Part shown: positions 49,865-57,285 of the stretch, piece after piece
Position numbering within the stretch: position 1 is the stretch's first letter
Layout: each line of letters starts with the position of its first letter
Position numbers and translations under genes: made by a program
Source: Thermoplasmatota archaeon
GTDB taxonomy: Archaea; Thermoplasmatota; JAKEGO01
Assembly: GCA_028279595.1 (NCBI GenBank)
Contig: JANQNK010000008.1
Location: 63,713 to 127,712, forward strand
DNA: 64,000 nucleotides
Direction: 5' to 3'
Notes under the pieces: generated by a model
Told to the model about the DNA's origin: nothing
The model's input: the letters and a program-made list of their open reading frames with translations, nothing else
The model's database searches: none

Positions 49865-50647
49865 TTGACCTTTTTTTTACAATCAACAATACATTTTAGT
49901 ATTCAAAACCTATATAATTTTATGATTTCATTTCCACCAATCGAACTCTCGTTCAAATATATTTACTACCTAAGTACACTTGGCATTTTTTTTCTTGGTT
50001 TATACGCTTTAAAACAAGGTATTGATCAACTTTCCTTACTAAAAAAACAACATCAAACGAAAATTGAATCAGAACAATTACGCATCAAATTATCCAATCT
50101 ACGAATAAAAAGAGAAGCAATCATCTTTGCTTTAACCCAAAATCAATATTTCGAAGAAGAGATAATACCACTTTATGAAGAATTAAAAGAATCAATAGAC
50201 CTTAAAAACATGAAATATTTTAAAAACGCTACATTAACCATTGAAGGTAATCGAATAAAATTCCACCATAAAACTACGAAAGTCCCAATTGAAGAAAACA
50301 AAATGATAGAAGAACTATCACCAAAATTATCTGTTCTTTATAACAAAATGGGAACATTCGCCATGTATTTCTGTACCGGAATTGCAGACGAACAAACAGG
50401 TTATCATTCTTGTGGTAAGCTCTATATAACAATCATTAAAGACCTCTCCCCACTATTTATCAATATAAATAAAAAAGACAACAACACCATCGATCAATCA
50501 ATCTACCAAATCAAACTCTTCATGAAATGGGAATTGACATCAATTCAAGAAGATTTTATCGAAAATCTCCAGAATCAACTTGAAAAAGGAAAAAACATTG
50601 TTGATATCAACATACCAATTCTTGGGTTATCAAACACTGAACCATAA
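49865..50647 (+). CDS. Hypothetical protein with an N-terminal TM (island cargo)
   Basis: 260-aa AT-rich ORF with one hydrophobic helix; start uncertain. Confidence 0.65.
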   Translation: MTFFLQSTIHFSIQNLYNFMISFPPIELSFKYIYYLSTLGIFFLGLYALKQGIDQLSLLKKQHQTKIESEQLRIKLSNLRIKREAIIFALTQNQYFEEEIIPLYEELKESIDLKNMKYFKNATLTIEGNRIKFHHKTTKVPIEENKMIEELSPKLSVLYNKMGTFAMYFCTGIADEQTGYHSCGKLYITIIKDLSPLFININKKDNNTIDQSIYQIKLFMKWELTSIQEDFIENLQNQLEKGKNIVDINIPILGLSNTEP

Positions 50648-50822
50648 ATTCCCTTAGCACATTCACATTTCAACCGATTCATCGGCTTTAAAACCAAACA
50701 CACCCACCCCAATTCAAACGTAGTCTCAAAGATCATCATGGAACCTTTTCTCAAATTCACAACAATCTTATCGGACATTACCAGATATGCGACATTTCAA
50801 GAAATCCTTTGATAATAGTTAA

Positions 50823-50857
50823 GCGGCTCAACTTGATATTTATTCACGTTGAGCCGC
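50823..50857. terminator. Inverted repeat (10-bp stem), possible terminator between convergent island units
   Basis: gcggctcaac ... gttgagccgc. Confidence 0.45.
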
Positions 50858-50923
50858 CCGTTTCGCACACTCCAATAGGAGTATACATTTAACATTCTAA
50901 GATTATTTAACCCTTTCCCTAAG

Positions 50924-51007
50924 TGCGGGGGATGGGATTTGAACCCACGAACTCCTATGGATTAGTGTGCGAAACTAACGCCGTTGACCAAGCTTAGCTA
51001 CCCCCGC
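50924..51007 (-). tRNA. Non-canonical tRNA: tRNA-Leu body with Ala anticodon CGC
   Basis: GCGGGGG TA GCT AAGCTTGGTCAAC GGC G TTAGT TT-CGC-AC ACTAA TCCATAGGAGTTC GTGGG TTCAAAT CCCAT CCCCCGC A; aligns without gaps to host tRNA-Leu(CAG). Confidence 0.9.
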
Positions 51008-51011
51008 ACAT

Positions 51012-51338
51012 TCACGCTTTTTTCTGATATTCTACATCATCCTCGTCCTCTATAAACAACCAACTATGAACATCCTCTCCACTCTTAATCACTTTAACAA
51101 TTTCAACTGGACTTAAATTCATTAACCGATTAACCTCTTCAAAGTAATCAACCATATTCTCTTCGGTTAAATCAAATTTATTTGCTAAATGATAATCCAA
51201 GTACATTACAGCCATCCTAACTACTGCATTCTGATTCAATTTTTTACCTTGATGATACTCATAATATGATCTAATTCGTTCAATCCATTGTGAAGTTCCT
51301 TTTGATACACGAACAGTTGTATATTCAATATCAAACAT
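51012..51338 (-). CDS. Putative RHH-like DNA-binding protein immediately upstream of the island tRNA
   Basis: N-terminal 'YTTVRVSK.T...I..IR......L.QN.VVRMA' beta-alpha-alpha pattern; GGGGG upstream of the ATG. Confidence 0.65.
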   Translation of the reverse strand: MFDIEYTTVRVSKGTSQWIERIRSYYEYHQGKKLNQNAVVRMAVMYLDYHLANKFDLTEENMVDYFEEVNRLMNLSPVEIVKVIKSGEDVHSWLFIEDEDDVEYQKKA

Positions 51339-51963
51339 ATATTGGATATACCCCCCTTATTATTTATAATTATCCCTGAGTGTGCCATATAATATACAAC
51401 ACAAACAACCATCTTGTAGCAACCCCTTTTCTCACGTTTTTTTACGCTAGAGTAGGGTTTATCGAAGGTTTTTACTCAAAATATGTAAAATGTGTAGCAA
51501 CCTGCCGACCTTAAATTAGATTCATAGGGGGCCCCTGCGGGGCCCCAGGTCGGCCCCCTCCCCACGGAGGTCGTGAGGGACAACGTAACCGAGAAGAAAG
51601 ATTGAGAACGACAAGAACAACTGTCCCTCTTACGGCCTCCTTGGATAGGGTATGCTTTGATCCTCAAAGACGACTGCTATGGCTATTAGATTTGATATTC
51701 AATATAAAGACAAGCCACCCACGATACCCGGGACAGGCAGACCTTCAGCCTGGTCCCGAATCTATCTCCCGCCTTCGTCGCTTTCCACGTTCGAGACGGG
51801 TACACGTGGAAACCGACGCCCCAATACTTGGATGCCCTTGCAAGTATCAAACCAACCATAATTACCAAATTAATATTCAATTTGTATAAATTTAGTCAAA
51901 CAACTAATAAACTTACCATTCAATACAATGTTGGGACCAATCTCGTGGTCTCAAGGTGAAAGT

Positions 51964-52926
51964 ATGAAACATATATTGATAGGAATATGCATTGTATTGG
52001 GAATATTATTGTTGATTGGTAACACCCAAGGGGATCTAATTACCGTCGATGATAGTGGAGGGAAAGACCATTTAACAATACAGGCCGCTGTCGACGCAGC
52101 ATCCAACAACGACAACATCAAGGTGTATGCAGGAACATACGCCGAAACTGTTAATATTACCAACAAAGACATCAATATTTACAACAATCCAGGCGACACC
52201 GTCACTGTTACTGGTGGAGGAGGTTCTACTGATTGGGGTTTCAACATTGTTGATGGTGATGGATTATGGATTGAAGGAATTGACATTGATGATGTAATAC
52301 ACGGAATTCGAGTCGAATCTACTGACGGTATACGTATCGAATATGTTAACATTACAAATATTGACTACACCGGAATTAGATTAAAAGAATGTTCTGATTA
52401 TTGGATCGAACATATATTCGTCGATGGTACCAACACACCCGCAAACGACGGATACGGCATTTACATTTTCTCAACTGATGATACAAATGGAGATAACATG
52501 TGGGGTGACTGTCGAGATTTAACCATTCAAGACATGGGAAAATCAGGAATCCGTATCGAATGGCATACTGGGACTGGTGCTAGCGACATTGTCCTACGTG
52601 ATATTCTAATTGATAACGTTGGAGAAAATGGATTCCATATTAAACGCTCAAAAAATATCAGAATCGTAGATTGTACAACGGATAATACAGGAGAATATGG
52701 AGTCAAATTGATGAATTGCGCTGGTGACGCTAGTAATCCAATCGAAGTTTGGGAAAGCGACTGCTATGCGCATGACTCATATGCAGGTGGATATGACAAT
52801 GTAGGTGAAGACTGGGATAAAAACTACTACGAAGGAGGAACAGGAGATTATACTATGGATGGTGATGCGGGTGCAACTGATACACGTCAAGTTCAAACCG
52901 CATATGATGTGGATCCGTGGCCATAA
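51964..52926 (+). CDS. Secreted right-handed beta-helix (pectin-lyase/NosD-like) protein
   Basis: Signal peptide; 'TIQAAVDAA...D.I.V.AGTY.E.V.I'; repeated 'GIRL/GIYI/GFHI' coils. Confidence 0.85.
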   Translation: MKHILIGICIVLGILLLIGNTQGDLITVDDSGGKDHLTIQAAVDAASNNDNIKVYAGTYAETVNITNKDINIYNNPGDTVTVTGGGGSTDWGFNIVDGDGLWIEGIDIDDVIHGIRVESTDGIRIEYVNITNIDYTGIRLKECSDYWIEHIFVDGTNTPANDGYGIYIFSTDDTNGDNMWGDCRDLTIQDMGKSGIRIEWHTGTGASDIVLRDILIDNVGENGFHIKRSKNIRIVDCTTDNTGEYGVKLMNCAGDASNPIEVWESDCYAHDSYAGGYDNVGEDWDKNYYEGGTGDYTMDGDAGATDTRQVQTAYDVDPWP

Positions 52927-53074
52927 CAGTGTTTACTGAGGGGATATATTCCCCTCACTTTCATTTTTTACGGACCCCGAAGACGACGATAGAGATAATA
53001 CACTACTCCAAGGATGACTATCCATGCAATACAAACTGGAGGATTGAATTCCACAATCAATATCATAATATCAC

Positions 53075-53593
53075 CTACGTATTTACTGCATCTGAGACTA
53101 CTTTCTCTCCAACGACAGTTCCTGATTTCTCTACTTTGACCTTTTTCAATTTCACTCCTTGTTTCTTCACTAGCTCCTGATCAATTTTATAGAAATATTC
53201 GCCACCAATCGATTTTGCAGACATGATTGAATGACGACCTTGGCGTCGATATTTTTGTGGAACTTCTTCCTTTGTAACGTAACCGCGTCGACGAAGAATA
53301 TCCCAGAAACGGACCTCGTCTTCATTCACTGCACCAATCTTCAAGGCTATCTCAAGAAGATCATCATTGACGTCTGCATTGCCATCGATGATGTCCTCGA
53401 TAGGGAAGCTCTCGTGGATTGGATTAACGAACTTGGTCCACAGACTGCCTTTGGTATAAGCAGAATCGAACACCGTTCCAACCTGAGAACTGACCTTACG
53501 ATTCTTGAAGTTGTCTCCTTCTATCATTATCTCGAAACGAATCTTGTAAAGTGCTTTGGAATAGATCTTCACCTTGCCACGGATGTTGAACAT
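53075..53593 (-). CDS. Hypothetical protein (island cargo)
   Basis: 172-aa ORF with no recognised motif. Confidence 0.55.
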   Translation of the reverse strand: MFNIRGKVKIYSKALYKIRFEIMIEGDNFKNRKVSSQVGTVFDSAYTKGSLWTKFVNPIHESFPIEDIIDGNADVNDDLLEIALKIGAVNEDEVRFWDILRRRGYVTKEEVPQKYRRQGRHSIMSAKSIGGEYFYKIDQELVKKQGVKLKKVKVEKSGTVVGEKVVSDAVNT

Positions 53594-53622
53594 AGTGCAA
53601 ATGACAGAGGTGGATTGGAACC

Positions 53623-53740
53623 GTGGATCTAGGACCGGCTCCAGAATCGGGTCTTCGGGAAAAATTCTAGATCATATTGACGATTCCCGAAGCCGGACGG
53701 CCCGTAGGGTCGTCAAGGTCGAATCCCCTCTTCCGCAACA
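53623..53740 (+). repeat. Type-A tRNA-linked structured element (diverged copy)
   Basis: gtggat...acc.gctc..gaa..gggt; hairpins cttcgggaa/ttcccgaag and gacggccc/gggtcgtc; ends aggtcgaatcccctcttccgcaaca. Confidence 0.75.
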
Positions 53741-53885
53741 CCGTTCTCACGTCTCCTATCGATCGTACTCGAAGGGCGTTGCTCCATGACACCATCAAAC
53801 GTCGATTCCCTTGCTTCGGGAATCGACTGGCCCGTGGATTCCATATCGTCTCCGAATTGTGGAATCCCCGGTCCCTGCGGGTCCG
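53741..53885 (+). repeat. Type-B element ending in the tRNA-Arg 3'-end copy (right att)
   Basis: ctcacgtc...gtactcga; hairpin gtcgattccc/gggaatcgac, then tggccc, hairpin ggattcca/tggaatcc, then ccggtccc-tgcgggtccg. Confidence 0.8.
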
Positions 53886-53934
53886 CCTTTCCCCAAACGA
53901 TAATATAACCCTACATTGTTGCATGGAACCCCGT

Positions 53935-54021
53935 GCGGGGGTAGCCAAGCCAGGTCAACGGCGCTAGATTCAGGGTCTAGTCCTTAGCGGTCCGAGGGTT
54001 CGAATCCCTTCCCCCGCACCA
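53935..54021 (+). tRNA. tRNA-Leu (anticodon CAG), CCA encoded
   Basis: CTAGA-TTCAGGG-TCTAG arm, long variable arm, GGTTCGAATCC. Confidence 0.96.
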
Positions 54022-54164
54022 CCACCTTCTCGTCATTTCTAGATTATACTCAGGTGGTGGTGCTGGAAGATGCTTCTAGACGTCGATCCCCTTACCGCAG
54101 GGATCGACTGGCCCGGACGTTTGGCTTCTCGTCAATTCATTTCAAACGTCCGGTCCCTCCCCCC
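54022..54164 (+). repeat. Type-B tRNA-linked structured element
   Basis: Homologous to the reverse complement of 22880-23019, including tgcttctagacgtcgat...atcgactggcccggacgtttggcttctcgtca...caaacgtccggtccctcccccc. Confidence 0.85.
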
Positions 54165-54265
54165 AGGACCGCTCCTACTCCTCTATCCAATTCCTATCTC
54201 GATTGGTCTCTTGAGATTGATAGATGGACCAATCAATTATTAGGACAGCACGCGTATTACGTATC

Positions 54266-55549
54266 ATGACAGGAGTACCCGGACCGCCGATGATCATCCA
54301 CGCCAGCCTGGTGCGAAGCCTCGATGGTTGGGTCAGGAACGTGATCGGTGAGTCCGATGCGGCGATCAGGGATGCGATCGAGGCCCCGGCGATCGATGCC
54401 CATCGGCATGGGGTCGAGCTCTACGAGGACATCGTCAAGGACGGATACAACACGAGGTTCATGGGCGTGGCCAGACTGGAGAATCCGTACACGACCGTTT
54501 CTGATATCGCCGCGATGCTCGGGATCGAGGTCATCGACAATGACCAGCCCCTCTACTTCAGTGGTGCAGCGCCTGCCGAGGCCGCATCCTCCCTGATGAA
54601 GGACATAGATGCCGGAGTTTGCGACCTGGGGGTCATAGCGACCCATGATGCGATACAATCGATCAGATTGCTTCATGATCGGGATTATCTTCAGAGCCTC
54701 CTGGGAATCCACAACGGCCGCAAACCGATCGATCTGTACGAGGAGTTCGCGGGTTTCCTGATGAACAGGCTCTGCATGGACAAATCGGATTTCTGGAGAT
54801 ATGCCGATGCTTCTGCAGAGAACAGCAGGCAAGCGTACCAGGAGCAATTCGGTGTGGACCCGAAGCGACAGCCCGAGGAAAAGCGCATGGAGACCCTGAC
54901 CGAGACCGGCTTGTTCAGGTTCGGGGACAGTGCCAGGGTGAATGTGGACTCCAGCGGTTTCATCGTTGTCGCGAGCCCAGAGATCGTGAAGGAATATGAC
55001 ATAAAGACCCGAACCGGCCTTCTGGGGTCCCATCACATAGCGAACTACAGCAAGGACCCTTACAAGTTCCTCCATTACGGTCATCTGGAGAAGGCGGGAC
55101 ATCTGGCATTCGAACAGGCGGGCATCAACTTCAAGGCGCTCTATCACGAGTTCAATCCTTCTAGAAGGGTCATGTTCGACCCCTATTCAGCCTGGCCGAG
55201 CCAGGAGGCCGTATCCTGCAGACTGCTCATCGCGGACCACAGGGATGACCTGTTCGAGATAGCTGCCAGTTCGAAACATCTATTGACCTTCGCAGGCAAC
55301 TTCGGCGACCTTGCCTCTCCCTGGAACGGACACGGAGTGGAGATGATGTGCATGGGCCATGAACGGATCCAGGACAAGGGGATGGACCTCTTCACATGGG
55401 TCGGGAACGGTGGCGCAAGCAAGAAGCAGGGTGTTGTGGTGATGGGCGATCCGAACATGCCCGAGTTGGAACAGAAGGAGTTCCAGTATGTCCGGACGGA
55501 CAGGATCGATGCCGGAATACCGTTCGAATCTCAGAAGATAGTCTGTTGA
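54266..55549 (+). CDS. Divergent thiolase-fold protein
   Basis: Degenerate thiolase/SCP2-type motifs: 'DAGVCDLGVIA', 'FRFGDSA..VDSSGFIVVAS', 'AFEQAGI', 'GNGG...GVVVMG'. Confidence 0.6.
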   Translation: MTGVPGPPMIIHASLVRSLDGWVRNVIGESDAAIRDAIEAPAIDAHRHGVELYEDIVKDGYNTRFMGVARLENPYTTVSDIAAMLGIEVIDNDQPLYFSGAAPAEAASSLMKDIDAGVCDLGVIATHDAIQSIRLLHDRDYLQSLLGIHNGRKPIDLYEEFAGFLMNRLCMDKSDFWRYADASAENSRQAYQEQFGVDPKRQPEEKRMETLTETGLFRFGDSARVNVDSSGFIVVASPEIVKEYDIKTRTGLLGSHHIANYSKDPYKFLHYGHLEKAGHLAFEQAGINFKALYHEFNPSRRVMFDPYSAWPSQEAVSCRLLIADHRDDLFEIAASSKHLLTFAGNFGDLASPWNGHGVEMMCMGHERIQDKGMDLFTWVGNGGASKKQGVVVMGDPNMPELEQKEFQYVRTDRIDAGIPFESQKIVC

Positions 55550-55655
55550 TCGACCGGTCATGACCGTTGGATCAAGGTTAACTCATCTCGACCTCAGGTC
55601 ACTTACCGAACTGCATCCATTAGTGTACGAGGCGGAGTATCACTCGTTGAGGTCT

Positions 55656-56063
55656 TCACCGGTTCGTCATGTTGTAGGCCGGTTTCTGACCGTTCATTTC
55701 CTGGAACCGCGCGATCAATCGTCGCTCGATCTTCTCGGCGGCCCCCTTGGGCAGTTCCTTGTAGGCGAAACCGTGGGGGCGCTTGTCGATGAGCTTCTTC
55801 AAGCGGATGCCCTTGGCGTTCGAAGGGCCCGGGCTCAGATAGGAGTACCAACGATCGTAGAAGCCGTTCTTCGTCTCGACCTTCCCGATCTTGACGATAT
55901 CGCTCCGACCCCAGGAATAGTCGATCGTCCCGTCCATGATGGTGATGATGTAGATACCGATCTTCTTCGGGACCTTGCTCCTGTCTTCGAGTACGAAGGG
56001 GATAGGCGCGGTGAAACCTTCCTCCTGAAGCGTGGTTGAATCCATTGAATGGTAAAATGTCAC
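55656..56063 (-). CDS. GIY-YIG-like nuclease
   Basis: 'GIY'...'VKIG'...'R..SY'...'E..LI..F'...'PAYN'. Confidence 0.7.
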   Translation of the reverse strand: MTFYHSMDSTTLQEEGFTAPIPFVLEDRSKVPKKIGIYIITIMDGTIDYSWGRSDIVKIGKVETKNGFYDRWYSYLSPGPSNAKGIRLKKLIDKRPHGFAYKELPKGAAEKIERRLIARFQEMNGQKPAYNMTNR

Positions 56064-56141
56064 CTACTATTTTTTGATTTGGATGGTCGCGGAGACCGGA
56101 TCCGGTCAGAAAAAGGGATGTCAATCTGTTTATCCCGCCCT

Positions 56142-57206
56142 TCAATCGGCGGCAACCGTGAAGGTGGACCTGTAATCGTTCGAATCACCGGATATATCGG
56201 GGATGTCTATCTCGTAACGTATCCAGATGTAATTGTTGATGGCAGTGAAGTCGGCATTGTTCCATATACCATCGGCATCGTCCACCACCGAGGATTTGGA
56301 ACCGTGCTCGTTGGGATCGTCGGTCCCCCCAGGTGCCTGATTGGACTCGTAATACTCGAAATCGATCTCTCCGTCGATGGGTATCTGTTCCAATGTCGTC
56401 GGGCTCTCGAAGTGGTCGTCGATGAACGTCACGGCGAAGCTGTCGGTCGGGTTGCTTCCAGCATTCTGGACGACCAGCCAGTGTGTGTTAGGTCCATCCC
56501 CGGAGCTCACGTCCCTCGTGCCGGGGTTGGAGTCGGGGAAGTTCCAATCGTAAGGATCGACGGTATCCACCGGGATGCCGTCCTGACGGTAGACACCGGC
56601 GATCTGGATGGCCGACCTGACATTGAAGTTGGCTCCTGTTGACGCATTCAGTCCGTCATCATCCTCGATGACGAGTTCGACGTAATGTTCGACCCCGCTG
56701 GAGCTTCCCGTCAGCGTGCTTGGAACTGTCCAGACGAAGCCCTCGTCGGTGCCGCCGGCTGAATCTGTGATGAATGCGAAGCCGTCGTCCTGGGTCCCTG
56801 TCGGATCGATCACGAACTCCGTCGGTCCCGGAGAGGCGTCCCAGACACCGGTCCATTGGAGGACCTGTGTTCCGCCATTGTCAGCGCCTTCGTAGACGGT
56901 CAATGTACAGGACGATTGGACGATCTCGTCGTCGTCGTCGCCGTTGGCCTCGTAGAACTTGGCGTCGAACTCGATGGTGTCGGCACCGCTGTTGTCAACA
57001 GTCGTGGGGTTCACGGTCATGGTAACGGTACCGACCTGTGTGAAGTTGGGGGCGACGTTGTTGACTCCACCGGTGGCGGAGTGTCCGGAGACCAGGATGG
57101 ACACGGGTACCATGGCCAGGATAATAACTGATCCTACGACTAGTACCATCTTCGATTGCCTACTGCAATCTATCGTTTTCGCACCCCCGTACACCTCTGG
57201 AACCAC
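56142..57206 (-). CDS. Secreted acidic beta-rich protein, paralog of 58686-59711
   Basis: Signal-like N-terminus; long near-identical blocks with 58686-59711; start uncertain. Confidence 0.8.
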   Translation of the reverse strand: MVPEVYGGAKTIDCSRQSKMVLVVGSVIILAMVPVSILVSGHSATGGVNNVAPNFTQVGTVTMTVNPTTVDNSGADTIEFDAKFYEANGDDDDEIVQSSCTLTVYEGADNGGTQVLQWTGVWDASPGPTEFVIDPTGTQDDGFAFITDSAGGTDEGFVWTVPSTLTGSSSGVEHYVELVIEDDDGLNASTGANFNVRSAIQIAGVYRQDGIPVDTVDPYDWNFPDSNPGTRDVSSGDGPNTHWLVVQNAGSNPTDSFAVTFIDDHFESPTTLEQIPIDGEIDFEYYESNQAPGGTDDPNEHGSKSSVVDDADGIWNNADFTAINNYIWIRYEIDIPDISGDSNDYRSTFTVAAD

Positions 57207-57285
57207 CTATGGCAGGTTGGTTGTAACAGGTATGGTGTTGGGGGTATTTCAGAGTTCCGAATCCGAGGGTGTGGCGGCGCTGAGA

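Larger units (their letters stand above)
48552..53885. mobile_element. Integrated genomic island (~5.3 kb) at the tRNA-Arg(TCG) 3' end
   Basis: 14-bp direct repeat tccctgcgggtccg at 48552-48565 and 53872-53885; adjacent tyrosine integrase; abrupt switch to AT-rich sequence. Confidence 0.85.

Noticed and set aside
50575-50778. 67-aa minus-strand island ORF
   Set aside because: It is short, overlaps a convergent gene and has no motif, so it cannot be supported.
50924-51007. Ordinary tRNA-Ala(CGC)
   Set aside because: It has no G3:U70, has a long variable arm and a Leu-type D-loop, and its body aligns to host tRNA-Leu.
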